Virus record (IMG/VR): IMGVR_UViG_3300045988_092522
Location: 1 to 51,331 of that record
Source: a virus
DNA length: 51,331 nucleotides
Strand: one strand, 5' to 3'
A program made the position numbers and the translations under genes. Below, one piece after another: positions 21,999 to 32,651 of this stretch (the stretch's first letter is position 1; each line of letters starts with the position of its first letter). Under the pieces are notes generated by a model, which ran no database searches, was not told the origin of the DNA, and saw nothing but the letters and a program-made list of their open reading frames with translations.

Positions 21999-22997
21999 TC
22001 AGCCTCCCGCCTGCGCAGTCCAGCGCACAATGCCGTCATCGCCCACAGTGCACCCAAGCCGCAGGAGCGCCGCAAGCCGTTCAGCACTCGTCCACGCCGC
22101 GCCTTTTCCGTCGCACATGGCGGCTTTGACGGCTTTGTCCAAATTCGTTGGCGTGATAGGTCTGTCCAACACACGTCTTTCAATATTATCTAATTCTGCC
22201 GGATAGATTTTGATAAGGTTATCACTAATATACAATCCATGCGAGATGGATGGCGCAGATACGCCCGGATGTTTTGCTCCGGTTACCCACGTCTGCGCTA
22301 CTGGCACATTCGCCACACCGTCAGCCAGCACACTCGTCCCAGCCACCTGCACGTCTTTAACCGGTGCATACCCCAGCGCAGATTGGATGTTCTCAGCGGT
22401 CACAGACGCGTCGCTGCCCGGCTCGCCCTTCGGGCCTTGTTCACCGGGATCGCCTTTAGCACCGGGTGCTCCATCCTTACCATCCGTGCCGTCCCTGCCC
22501 GGCCTGCCCTCAGGTATGCCAAAGTGCATCGTCCCCGTTTTGCCGTCGTATTCCGCCGTGGCAGGTTCGCCATACGCCACGCTCTCAGCCTCGGCCTTCA
22601 TGTTCTTGACGCTGTCGATGGCGGTGGTAATCTTGTCCACCCAGTCCATACCCGGCTCCGGTGCGTCCGTCTCCTGCCCCGTCAGGCTCTTATCAACCAT
22701 AGTGGAGAGGATTTTGGACTTGGCCAGCACTCCGTTCACCGTCACGCGCACCTCGGCCTCGCCGTCGCCCACAATGGCCGTGTCCGCGCTGGTGGGCTGC
22801 CAGACGAGACACCCGTCCCGCAGCTCCGCCGCAACGGGATAGATGCCGCTCTCGCCATGCCGCCGGTGCAGCAGCGTCACCACCGCACCGGGGTACTCCT
22901 TGAGGTATTCGGATACATCGATCTCCACCGTCCTCGCGAGGTTCTCACCGCATCTGCCGAGCAGTATGTATCCGCCCTTGGTCACATCATATTTCAC
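21999..22997 (-). CDS. Tail fibre / baseplate upper protein with a collagen-like segment
   Basis: BppU-like N-terminus. Gly-X-Y run GRPGRDGTDGKDGAPGAKGDPGEQGPKGEPG. Confidence 0.75.
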   Translation of the reverse strand: MKYDVTKGGYILLGRCGENLARTVEIDVSEYLKEYPGAVVTLLHRRHGESGIYPVAAELRDGCLVWQPTSADTAIVGDGEAEVRVTVNGVLAKSKILSTMVDKSLTGQETDAPEPGMDWVDKITTAIDSVKNMKAEAESVAYGEPATAEYDGKTGTMHFGIPEGRPGRDGTDGKDGAPGAKGDPGEQGPKGEPGSDASVTAENIQSALGYAPVKDVQVAGTSVLADGVANVPVAQTWVTGAKHPGVSAPSISHGLYISDNLIKIYPAELDNIERRVLDRPITPTNLDKAVKAAMCDGKGAAWTSAERLAALLRLGCTVGDDGIVRWTAQAGG

Positions 22998-23011
22998 AGG
23001 TTTCTGCCTCC

Positions 23012-26000
23012 TTACTTGCGATAGCTTATCTTCAGCACCGGCGCGCCCGATTCGCCATTTCCAGCAAACCGCGCATAGCTCGCCGTGTAAGACTTGCTGC
23101 CAGCGGTCGTCGTGTCGGGATTGTAGAGCATCAGGCCCGTATAGCCGCTGGTCTTCATGGCCTTGACCGCGCTCGTCACGTCGATACTCACCGTCTGGTT
23201 TTCATACGCCGTCTTGCTGGCGTAGAGTGTGCCCGGCACATCGTAGCATCGCACATGCACGTTCACGCCGCCGCCCTGACCCACGCCGCCGATGCGCTTG
23301 ATCGTCAGCGTCGCAGAGTCGATCTTGTCCGCGCTCGTTAGATCGCTGGGCAAGCTAAACAGCATCACACCTTTGCGCAGCGACTGAGAGCTGCTGTAGC
23401 GGCCCTGATAAAGCTTGCTGCCGTAACCGCTGGTGGACGTGCTCGTGGGAGACAGGCTCACCGTCACCGTCTGGGTCGTGGGGATGCTGGGCGAGCTGGC
23501 CGCCGTAAATGTGGGATCGGGCGTGGCGTTGTAGACTTCAGCACCGTTAGCGAGAGAGATCGTGCCGGTAGGTTTGCCCGAGCCTTGGACTCGCAGTTGC
23601 GATGCCCAATTGACCCTTGCCATAACACTGCAATCGCCGCCGCAGTTGTATACGATAGCCTTTGTAGGCCAATCGTCGCCCATTGCGATTCCAACACTTG
23701 CATTAAACGTGCATTCAGAAATGAATAGTGCCGACGAATTCTCTAAAAGCAAAGCAGTCCCAGCGCTTGAAAAATTAACCTTCAGAACGTATACAGACGT
23801 CGATCCGCAGCTGTCAATCTTTAGTTGGTTCATCGTTCCGTTAGTGAGTTTCACTATACCTTCGCCAGAAAGATTCGCAACAGTATAATTACCCGAAGTG
23901 ACATTTTTGCAGTCGATGTAAACAAACCCCGTCAGGTGTTTTCCGCTCAATTCCTCAAGAATCACCGCCAGCTCGCCCGCATTGGCCGGGGTGTAGCTCG
24001 CCGCGCCTTGAGTGTGCACCACGGACTCCGACACAATCTGATCCGCCTCGACCACCTCGGCATGCACGCCGTCAGCGTCCACGCGCAATACGTCGTCCTC
24101 GCCATCCTCCGACGGCACCGCTACCTCCATCTCCCTGCTGACGATCTTCACCTGATTTTTGGTGATTTCCACCCTGCTGTAGTCGCTGTCGATGCTCAGA
24201 GCGCCCGCCGGGTCTTCCGGCGCGGGCGACCAGTCGGTAGACTTGTTGCCCTTTTCCAGCTTCAGGTTTTTGAAGATATGGACGGAGCCGACCGTCGTCG
24301 GCAGTCTCGTAATATAGATTTCGGTGGAGCCAAGCAAGAAATCCGGAATGTTTTCAACCGTTGTGAATGTACCCGAGACATGCGTCCATTCATTCGCCGG
24401 AATCTCTTTCCAGTAGCCGCCGTCATTCGTTGCAGCGTTCGAGCCGTCGTCTCTTCGGATGGAAAACATAACTCCGTTTGCCGTCGCGACCGACGGCTTG
24501 TAATCGAAGCTCAGCGTGTACTCCGTGTTCGGCTCCAGCAGGGCGTATGCGTCTTCGCTGACCGAGTAGGCTATAACGCTCCAGCCCGTCTGTTCCACTG
24601 CATCCCTCGTCATCTTGACTGCCCGAACACCGTCATCCAGATACTCTTCGATGGTTTTCCCGCCTGTCTGCATAGACCAGTCCCAATTGACCGCGCCCTG
24701 ATTCGTGTTCCGTAGCAGATTCCTACCGCCCACAGCGATTCCATCAACCTTGTCCGTCACATACAGCTGCAAATACTTGTTCCCGCGAATATCCATCGCG
24801 TTGAGCGAATTTATAGTCGCTTCCCGGGCGAACAGCGTGTCCACGTCGATGTTGGCCGCGATGAGCTGCTTGATGGTCGCGTTGTTGGCAAAGATGTCGT
24901 TGGCATTGAGACATGCCGCCGTGACCGTGCCCTCGATGATCTTCTCCCCGGCGTTGATGGAAAGGTCTTTCACGTCGCTGTTCACGACCTGCTTTTTCTC
25001 GGTGACGATGTTCCCATCCGTGTCCACGGACACGGAGTAAAACGAGCCGTCCTGCCCCTTGACAAGCAGCTCGCCCACGCTCAGGCTGACCATATTCGCC
25101 TCAGTAACGGCCAGCCGCGCGATATGCAGCTTGTCACCCACGCCCGCGGTAAAGATGGCCGTGCCCGCCACCAAGTCCTTGATATGCGCCCAGTCGATGT
25201 CCGCCACGGCGATCTTCGCCGCCGCAATGCGCGCGACTTCCGCCTCCAGATCGGTGATCTGCGCCGACTTGATCTCCGCTTCGCCGATCTTGGCCGTCGC
25301 GATGTCCGCGATGGCCGCAGACAGGGACGTAATCTGCGCCCAGTTGATATTGGCCTCGTTGATGTTCGCCGTGGTGATCTGTGCCTTGGAGATACTCGCG
25401 ATCTGCGCCGTCAGCTCGGCGATCTGCGCCCAGTCGATCCTGGCCTCCTTGATGTTCGCCGTCGTGATCTGCGCCACGGCCAGTCTGGCGAGGTCGGCAT
25501 ACAGCTGATCCGTCGTCACGCTGCCGGCCACGATCTCGTGGATGTCCGCCCGGATGGCCACGATGCTGTCCGCCGCCAGCTGCTCAATGGCCGCCTGAGC
25601 GATCTTGGCGTAGCCGATGGTGGCGTTGCGCATGACGCTGTTGGCGTTGACGCTGCCCGGCAGGAGCTTCACGCCGGAGACGCTGCCATCGGCGATCTCG
25701 TAGCCGTAGGTGGTCTGCTCCAACTCAGAGATGTCGCCCACATACACGTCCTGATAGCGCTTCAGCAGGCAGTCGTAGACGTAGCCGTTGACGCGGAGCT
25801 TGGCGTTGATGCCCACGTAGGAGGCGACGACACGCACGCTGTCATACAAAAACACCGTCAGCAGCGGCGCGTAGTCCGCGTATTCCGCCGAGTTTTCCAG
25901 CGCCGCGAGCTGCACGTCGAGGCTCACCGCAGCCGCGTCCATGCCGTCCGCAAAATCCTGCTGGGCGAGGCGCTTCAGCTCGGCCCGGGCCGCCGCGTTG

Positions 26001-27127
26001 TTTTTGAACTGCGCGTCCTTGGCCGTGGAGACGCTCACGTCGTATTCGATTTCCGCGTCCCGGCTGGTGGGGTAGAGGCCCTTGTTGGCGCTCTCCACCC
26101 ATCCGTTATTCTCGGTGAGGATCAGGCGGTTGCCGTCCTTGTCCTTGCCCACGGGCCGGATGCGCGTCACCACGCCGGATACATCCATTGTCAGCACCGC
26201 GCCCAGAAGGTTTTTGCGATGCCGAATCTCCATGCCGCGATCCATGACCTCGTCCGGCAGGATATACACGTCGTAGTTATCGCGGATGATCCGCGCGCCG
26301 GTCTGGGACACGATGCCGATGTCCGGGTCGAGCAGTGCCTTGACGATGGATGCGCCGGTGTAGTCGCCGGAAATCGCCTTGGTGACCTTGCAGTGGAAGG
26401 TAAAGCCATGCTCGGCGCTGGCGCTGGCCAGAATGGTACTCAGCACCGTGTCGGCGGCGACGTTTTCCGGATGATAGTCTCTGGTACAGATCACGCCGGA
26501 CAGGTCGTAGAATATGTGGGAGGCCTTGACCTCCACCATGCCTGTCTCCGCGTCGCGCCCCACGGAATAGATGCGGAAGAGCTGATCCCGCGTCTGTTTG
26601 CTCTCGATGACGGCGCTGGGCTGGTCGTTGTCGCCCTTTACGGTCTCCGTCTCGTTGCGGTCGAATTTGAGATACTGGCTGTACATCCAGCCCGTCGCGC
26701 CGCCGCTCTTGATGACGACGCGCGACCAGTCGCCGGATTTGGAGAGCTGCACGACCTCCGTCCCGACCTTGTAGGCGCGGATGATCTTGGCTGAGGTGCT
26801 GGGCTTCGCCCGCAGTCTCAGGCGCGCGCCGGTGTTGGTTCGCACCTTGTAGATGGCGCGGGTGACGGTCTGCGTAGCGCCGCTGGGCACGTTGTCGAGG
26901 ATGCGCACAATGGGCGCTTCGCGCACCGCGCAGGGAGCCTTGATGATGCATCCGTTTTGGAGATACGTCCATTTCATGTGATCGTCCACGGGATGCTTCA
27001 TCTCCAGCTCCATCAGGCCGCCGGCCTTTTCCTCCACGGTGCATTCCGTGGGCTGGAGCACGGCCAAACCAAGCGTGGAAAAGTCCTCGGTGTCTGCCGG
27101 GTAGATGTTGATCATAGATACCTCCAT
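23012..27127 (-). CDS. Tail-tip / tail-associated protein (1371 aa): prophage-tail endopeptidase-like N-domain with an inserted SH3b, plus repeat and receptor-binding regions
   Basis: Size and position directly after Dit. SH3b-like RLRAKPSTSAKIIRAYKVGTEVVQLSKSGDWSRV. Repeats AQITTANI(K/N)EA.I.WAQI. Confidence 0.8.
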   Translation of the reverse strand: MEVSMINIYPADTEDFSTLGLAVLQPTECTVEEKAGGLMELEMKHPVDDHMKWTYLQNGCIIKAPCAVREAPIVRILDNVPSGATQTVTRAIYKVRTNTGARLRLRAKPSTSAKIIRAYKVGTEVVQLSKSGDWSRVVIKSGGATGWMYSQYLKFDRNETETVKGDNDQPSAVIESKQTRDQLFRIYSVGRDAETGMVEVKASHIFYDLSGVICTRDYHPENVAADTVLSTILASASAEHGFTFHCKVTKAISGDYTGASIVKALLDPDIGIVSQTGARIIRDNYDVYILPDEVMDRGMEIRHRKNLLGAVLTMDVSGVVTRIRPVGKDKDGNRLILTENNGWVESANKGLYPTSRDAEIEYDVSVSTAKDAQFKNNAAARAELKRLAQQDFADGMDAAAVSLDVQLAALENSAEYADYAPLLTVFLYDSVRVVASYVGINAKLRVNGYVYDCLLKRYQDVYVGDISELEQTTYGYEIADGSVSGVKLLPGSVNANSVMRNATIGYAKIAQAAIEQLAADSIVAIRADIHEIVAGSVTTDQLYADLARLAVAQITTANIKEARIDWAQIAELTAQIASISKAQITTANINEANINWAQITSLSAAIADIATAKIGEAEIKSAQITDLEAEVARIAAAKIAVADIDWAHIKDLVAGTAIFTAGVGDKLHIARLAVTEANMVSLSVGELLVKGQDGSFYSVSVDTDGNIVTEKKQVVNSDVKDLSINAGEKIIEGTVTAACLNANDIFANNATIKQLIAANIDVDTLFAREATINSLNAMDIRGNKYLQLYVTDKVDGIAVGGRNLLRNTNQGAVNWDWSMQTGGKTIEEYLDDGVRAVKMTRDAVEQTGWSVIAYSVSEDAYALLEPNTEYTLSFDYKPSVATANGVMFSIRRDDGSNAATNDGGYWKEIPANEWTHVSGTFTTVENIPDFLLGSTEIYITRLPTTVGSVHIFKNLKLEKGNKSTDWSPAPEDPAGALSIDSDYSRVEITKNQVKIVSREMEVAVPSEDGEDDVLRVDADGVHAEVVEADQIVSESVVHTQGAASYTPANAGELAVILEELSGKHLTGFVYIDCKNVTSGNYTVANLSGEGIVKLTNGTMNQLKIDSCGSTSVYVLKVNFSSAGTALLLENSSALFISECTFNASVGIAMGDDWPTKAIVYNCGGDCSVMARVNWASQLRVQGSGKPTGTISLANGAEVYNATPDPTFTAASSPSIPTTQTVTVSLSPTSTSTSGYGSKLYQGRYSSSQSLRKGVMLFSLPSDLTSADKIDSATLTIKRIGGVGQGGGVNVHVRCYDVPGTLYASKTAYENQTVSIDVTSAVKAMKTSGYTGLMLYNPDTTTAGSKSYTASYARFAGNGESGAPVLKISYRK

Positions 27128-27831
27128 CGCGGCGTGATCTCAACCTTGGTCACGCTGCCCGTCCACGTGATGATATTCGTCCCGGGCCGCAGCACCGGGA
27201 ACTCGTCCATCACAAAGCTGCTGTTGAGCGACGCGGTTTTGGCCAGATTAAACGTCTCCATCAGCTCGCAGTCGATGATCGCTCCGTCCGTCAGGCTCCG
27301 CGCCTCGACGGAATAGCCGTTGACCACCAGCGTGATGTCGCCGCTGCCCGTCAGCTTGATCTGCGGCTGAGAAAACACGGTGCCGGGATTGGTGATCGTC
27401 CCGCCGGAGGTGGTGATCTCCTGTGCGGCAGGCGCGGGGTAGACATAGCGGAAGGGCTCGCAGTCGAACACAACGGTAAACTCCTGCCCGCGAAGGCGGG
27501 AATTGCGATTGCTGACGCTGAACTCCTTGGTCACGGAGGCGTTGTAGGCGCGGGTCGGGTCGTCGCCGAAGCGCAGCAGACCCCTGCCGGACAGCCAGCC
27601 GTTGACCGCGTCCATGTTGCCGTCCACGGCGATCACCCGGACAGAGACGAGAACGCGGTCATACGCGCCCTCGTCCATGAAGAGCTTGCCATTGCGCCCC
27701 GGAACGTCGATCAGATCGCCCTTGCGGGCCGGATGCGGCCGCGTGGGCATGGACAGCATCTCCACGCCGTATTCCGTGTTTTTGTGGCCCGCATATTCCA
27801 GCCACGCGTTTGCGCTTCCGACTGCTTTCAT
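27112..27831 (-). CDS. Distal tail protein (Dit)
   Basis: Position between the tape measure and the tail-tip protein. Start MKAVGSANAWLEY forms an ATGA overlap with the tape-measure stop. Confidence 0.75.
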   Translation of the reverse strand: MKAVGSANAWLEYAGHKNTEYGVEMLSMPTRPHPARKGDLIDVPGRNGKLFMDEGAYDRVLVSVRVIAVDGNMDAVNGWLSGRGLLRFGDDPTRAYNASVTKEFSVSNRNSRLRGQEFTVVFDCEPFRYVYPAPAAQEITTSGGTITNPGTVFSQPQIKLTGSGDITLVVNGYSVEARSLTDGAIIDCELMETFNLAKTASLNSSFVMDEFPVLRPGTNIITWTGSVTKVEITPRWRYL

Positions 27832-30576
27832 CGCTGCCCATACCCCCTTGCGTCTCTCGCGCGCAGCCACGCGAGCTGCGACGCATTATTCTGCCCTTGG
27901 ATTTCCGCGACCTTTCGACCGTCGATGTTGACTGGCACCTTGTTCTGCTCGGCGGCGATGGAAATCTCCTGCCGCAGCTCCGGCATGTTGACGTTGGTCA
28001 TTCGCGTCAGGTCTGCCGAGGTAGTCAGGCCGCCCAGCATGGTGTTCGCCACGCGCACCGCGCGCGCCATCGACTCGTTCAGGCCGATTTCGAGGCCCTC
28101 GCCGGTGTAGCGGCCAAGGCGCTTCATGACCTTCGACGGCGACTGGATTTGCATCGTCTGCCGGTATCCGCTGGCAAAAGCACTACCGGCCATTTTACCC
28201 ATATCCCTTGCGATGCTCACCGCGCTCGAAAGCCCGGCCTTGAGGCCTGCCGCAGTATCCTGTCCAGCTTTTTTCGCTCCGTCCGCGTCATCCATGTTGT
28301 CAGTGGCTTCTTCGATAAGCGACTTCGCCGCTTCGTTGACTTCCGTGGATGCGCCGCTGTAAACATTGCTCATCAGCGCCGCCACAGCGTCGGACTTTTC
28401 CGTCACGTCGAAATCTGTTCCGACCAATATGCCCTCATCCAGCGCATTTGCCCAAACCTCCTGCGCCTTGCCGGATATAACGGACGTGTCTATGTCATCA
28501 AGGAGATTCGCGTAGGCCTCTGACAGCACAAGGCCGAGGCCTCGGAAGTCCATCATCTCGACGGAATACGCTTCACCGCCGAAAATGCTCGTCAACATTT
28601 CGGAAACGGCCTGTTTCTGCTCCGGCGTAACGGCTTCTAAGCCACCCTCGGAGATCGCGTCAAACATTTGCTTTACGATCTCCGCCGCGCGCGCTTTGAT
28701 AATCGTGTCATCATCAAACGCCGCCGCATTGCCCTCGGATTCTGCAATGCCCCGGATAATTGCCGCCCAAGCCTGCTCGTATGCTTCCTTTGCAGCATTT
28801 ACAGCGTCGCTTCGCGTTGTCTCCGCCTCCAGAACGCCGGCGTCGTATTGTTCCTTCGATATGTCGCGATTCGAAAACTGCTCGTTCAGCTCGGCGATTG
28901 TCTTGTCGTATTCATCCTGCGCCGCCTGCTCGTCGACCTTAAACTCGTTGAATTTCAGGCTGACCGCCATGCTGATAGTAGCGTCGTCGGCCTTGCCTCC
29001 GGCGGTCACAACCTTGTAGGCATTTTCCGCTGCGGACAGCGCCTCGCCCTTCATCGCGGCTATACGCTCTTCCAGACCGTTAATCTCCGTTTCGAGGTCT
29101 GCAATATCCTGATAAGCCGCCTGAACGGCCTTTGTGGATTGCCCGGCGAGTGCGTCAACGACCTCCAGCGAGTCGTTTTTGATCGTCTGCACGTCCTTCT
29201 TGGCCTGCTCGTACTGTGCGGTCAGCTCCGCGACTTTCGCTTCATAATCAGGTGCGGTGGGGTCGAGCTTTTTAAGGGCTGCGTTATAGCCCTCTTCTAT
29301 GTCGGTCATGCGGTCGGTCGCCCATGTTTCCACCTTGGCCTTCAGCCCGGAGACCGTCTCCTCGTCGTCCGTCAGCCCGTCCGTCAGCACGTCGTAGATC
29401 GTCTCGGCGATGTTCGGCGTTTCATCCGCCAGTCTGCCGTTCGCCTCATTGTATACGCCGATGATAGCGTCAACGTCATCATCGTCCAGCCCAGCCATTT
29501 CGGCGAAATGCCTCAGCGCCACATTGCTGCCGTTCGCCTGTATAAACCATTTCGCGATCGTTCCAGCGTCAACGCCCAGATTCAGCGCATTCAGCGCATC
29601 AACAATCGTTGCTCCGCCGCTGCTGATCTGGTCTGCAATGCCCTGTGCCTCAGATTCGGGAAGCCCAAATTCCATGAGTTTGCTCTTGATGGCGCTCGCA
29701 TCCTCGCCGAGCATGCTCATGATCTCGTTCTTCTGCTCGTCCGTCAGCAAATCCGTCTGTAGGGCTTCGCGGATCGTGTCGTAGGCCGTCGCAATTTTAG
29801 ATGTGGCCGCGCTCGTGTCCACATCCACGTCCATCTTAAAATCGAGGTTCTTCAGCGCGTTCGTATCAACGCCATCCGTGATAAATTCCTGATTCAGGTG
29901 CTTAATCGTATCGCGAACACCGTCAAACACGCTGACAAACATATGTAGCGCACCTTCCGCGAGCGATTTTGCCATGTTCCCGATGCCATTCAGCAGCGCC
30001 GGAATCAGCTCCGGTAGCATGTTAATTAGGTCATAAACCACCATAGACGCAGTATCAAACAGCGCCGTGGTGATCTGAGGGAGCATCGCTGACGCGCCCT
30101 TGATCGCACTGGGCAGCGTGGACATAATCGCGCTAACGCCCTGCGGGAGCCATCTGGACAGGCCGGAAATCGCGTCCTGAAGTCTGCCCGTCATCATGCC
30201 CAGCAGATCGGGAAGCATGTCCGTGGCCGTGTCCAAAAGGCCCTGATAGCCGCCCTCGTCAAATGCGGTCTGCAATTCGCCGACGATGTTGTTTACCATC
30301 GGGAGCATTTGGGAGGCGAGGTCTTCCGACATGTCCTCCGTGATGCTTCCAAGCAGTTGCATGGCGTTGTCCTTCAGCGTGGAAAGCTGGCCGTTCAGCG
30401 TTTTGGACTGCTTCTCCATCGACTGGAAGAATTTGCCGCCCTCGCTGGTGGCGTAGCGCATACTGTCGGTGATCTCGCTGACGGCCATCTTACCCTTGCT
30501 GATGCGGTCATACAGAGAGGCCATGCTCTCGCCGGTGCGCTCGGAGATCTCCTGCAGGGGATTAAATCCGCCGTTT
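27828..30576 (-). CDS. Tape measure protein, exon 2
   Basis: The frame stays open upstream of the track ATG: NGGFNPLQEISERTGESMASLYDRISKGKMAVSEI, which continues the tape-measure N-domain begun in 31559..32040. Confidence 0.8.
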
Positions 30577-31558
30577 CAAGTGTTATCGCGCGGGCTTTTT
30601 ATCCCACGCTTCTCGCGGTTTCCCGCGAGGTCAGCATATCTTTTCACCTTCAGCCCAACAAAAAAGCAACCTTTCGGCTGCTTCATTGGCTGGTCAGGTG
30701 TCCCGGGCTCGTGGGCGAATTATTGCTCTCATAGCGCTCATCGCCTATGCGTTACGGACGTGTCCGATTCACACGCCCTCGGGATTAACTTGCTTGATTA
30801 TGTATCGTCCTCTGTAGGTTTTTCCGCTCTTGACGACTCTGGATAACGCGGATTGCGTCACGCCGCATTCAGCCGCGAAGGACTGAATGCAGTCATAAAT
30901 CTTTTCCGTGTTTGTCTGTATGTCAATAACGGAAATCGACTTTTTTCTGGATTCTGCTATGCGTTTACGAACATCGTTTGAAACCGGGTGATTCATGAGC
31001 TTTTCAGAACGCTTGCGCCTTGTTTCCTCACTCTGCTTTGTTCCGAGTTTACAAGCCCGGCACCGTGCTTTGTAGGCATCATCCATTTGATTGCCCTTAT
31101 TCCACGGTTCATGCCTCTTTCTAAATTGCGTCGGCTTCATCTTTGCAAGTGTAGTTTCGTCAACGAATTTGCCCTTGCCGCCAAATTCATGACACGCTTG
31201 CGCTTGTCCGAGGCTTTTCAGCTTACACCCGTATTCCATCTCATACGCCAGCGCTGCCTCGTCGGTATCGAATTCTCGAACGATTCTATAAGCACATTCT
31301 TTCGTCTTGCGAATGCGCTTAAACTCGTCGTTTCTGTCCTTCATCGAAGTCGCGCGATTGCCAGAGCCTTTCCCGACATAGAAGATTTCTCCGGTTTCAA
31401 CGATATACCATTCGTAAACATAAAATGCTTTGGCGTTAATCATCTATTTTACACCTCCGCATTTATTATAGCATATATCCCTCCAATAATCAAGTTTAGC
31501 CTTCCCCGATACACCGGGATTTTCATCCGCGTATTTCTACGCGGCGTGACAAACGTTT
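30577..31558 (-). mobile_element. Group I intron (982 nt) carrying a GIY-YIG homing endonuclease ORF
   Basis: P1 hairpin UGAU|AA-ACGU-UUGUCA has a U-G wobble at the 5' splice site. The intron ends in G. P2-like CCGCGUA-GAAA-UACGCGG. The two exons sum to 3231 nt in frame. Confidence 0.75.
30769..31443 (-). CDS. GIY-YIG homing endonuclease (I-TevI-like, with NUMOD3-type repeats)
   Basis: FYVYEWYIVETGEIFYVGKGSGNR...EMEYG (GIY-YIG core). HEPWNKG and LGTKQSEETRRKRSE. Own SD GGAGGTG. Confidence 0.85.
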   Translation of the reverse strand: MINAKAFYVYEWYIVETGEIFYVGKGSGNRATSMKDRNDEFKRIRKTKECAYRIVREFDTDEAALAYEMEYGCKLKSLGQAQACHEFGGKGKFVDETTLAKMKPTQFRKRHEPWNKGNQMDDAYKARCRACKLGTKQSEETRRKRSEKLMNHPVSNDVRKRIAESRKKSISVIDIQTNTEKIYDCIQSFAAECGVTQSALSRVVKSGKTYRGRYIIKQVNPEGV

Positions 31559-32040
31559 ATCATCTGCTTGATGTCCTGCAGGTTGACCTTTCCGGCGCTG
31601 CTCATCTGGGCGTAGCCGGTGGCGATGGAAACCATCGCCTCCTTGTTGCCCTGAGCGATGTCGCCGAGCATGCTCATCTTTTCAATTGCGTCGTCGGCGG
31701 TAAAGCCGTACTGCATGAGCAGCTGGGTGACCTGGACGAGGTCGGTTGTTTCAAAGGGCGTTTCCGCGCCCATTGTCCGCAGGCGCTCGACCACGTCCGC
31801 GGCTTTTTCCGCCGAGCCGGTCATGACCTCAAAGGAGGTGCGGTACTGCTCGAGCGTGGCGTTGTAATTCACGCCCTTGGAAGCGACCTCTATCAGCTTG
31901 CCGACGGCCTGCGTGGTCATGTCGATGCCGGCCTTGATGTCGGCGAGACCGGCTTTCGTTTTGCCTTTTAGCCCTGATAGTACTTTTTCGAAATCGCTAG
32001 CGTCGCCATTAATGCGTATTTTTAGACCATTCTCAGCCAA
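31559..32040 (-). CDS. Tape measure protein, exon 1
   Basis: ...RLRTMGAETPFETTDLVQVTQLLMQYGF...GKVNLQDIKQMI(N) is a typical tape-measure N-terminal domain. The track ORF runs 7 codons into the intron before a stop. Confidence 0.8.
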
Positions 32041-32054
32041 AATTTTCCCTCCTC

Positions 32055-32648
32055 TCAGGAGTTATAAAACAGCTCGTCAAACGCGTCGAGCATCGCCTGA
32101 TCCTCCGCCGTGGTCTCCCGTGGCAGGGCGTAGCGCTGGGCCTGACGCTTGAGATCGCTGTCCTTGCCGTCATAGCCACGGATTTCCATCAGACGCAGTA
32201 TGTAATGGTTCCCGGCAAGCGCGCGGAAGTAAAGCAGAAACTCCCACCAGTGAAACGGCTCCGTCCGCCGGTAGGAGAGATCGACGCCGAACTGGTTTTG
32301 AATTGCAATGATGATGTAGTTCAAGTCCCAGTCGAAAGAATACGTCGGCTGGGCGCTCTCGCCGGCCTCGACGGGCGGCTCGGGATAGCCCCGGGAAAAG
32401 TCGATCACTGCGGACAGCACGTCCGCCGCGGGCTGGGGAATCAGATCGCCGAACACGGCCCTCTCCATCTCGCCGATCACCTCGGCGTTATGCATGGCCT
32501 GTTCAACCGTCGCGGGCGTGGAAATCAGATCGCGCAGCAGCCGCAGCACGTCGATCCACACCCGGAAATCGACGTTGACGGTATAGTCAGCGCCCCCGAC
32601 CGTGATGGCGGTAGGGGGCGCGTCCTGCGCCAGATTCGGGCGCGGCAT
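32055..32648 (-). CDS. Tail assembly chaperone (Phage_Gp15-like)
   Basis: Position between the major tail and tape-measure genes. Pattern ...YTVNVDFRVWIDVLRLL...FDWDLNYIIIAIQNQFGVDL. Confidence 0.65.
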   Translation of the reverse strand: MPRPNLAQDAPPTAITVGGADYTVNVDFRVWIDVLRLLRDLISTPATVEQAMHNAEVIGEMERAVFGDLIPQPAADVLSAVIDFSRGYPEPPVEAGESAQPTYSFDWDLNYIIIAIQNQFGVDLSYRRTEPFHWWEFLLYFRALAGNHYILRLMEIRGYDGKDSDLKRQAQRYALPRETTAEDQAMLDAFDELFYNS

Positions 32649-32651
32649 GGG

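Noticed and set aside
25330-25480. Roughly 54-bp DNA repeats inside the 1371-aa tail-tip gene
   Set aside because: They encode the repeating AQITTANI.EA.I.WAQI motif of a fibrous segment. This is ordinary for tail fibre proteins and not an independent element.
25124-26794. Long plus-strand ORFs antisense to structural genes (for example 25124..26794, 556 aa; also 32205..33593, 38969..40477, 41580..43061, 20303..21457)
   Set aside because: - Their composition is Arg/Gly/Ala/His/Leu-rich and low-complexity, and they have no SD motifs.
- They lie exactly opposite well-supported minus-strand genes.
- These are typical shadow ORFs of GC-rich DNA.
30525-31558. Tape measure as two independent genes separated by a free-standing GIY-YIG gene
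   Set aside because: - The tape-measure domain is continuous across the gap.
- The upstream frame of exon 2 is open without a start codon or SD.
- The P1 U-G pair and terminal G, together with the in-frame exon sum, favour a self-splicing intron.
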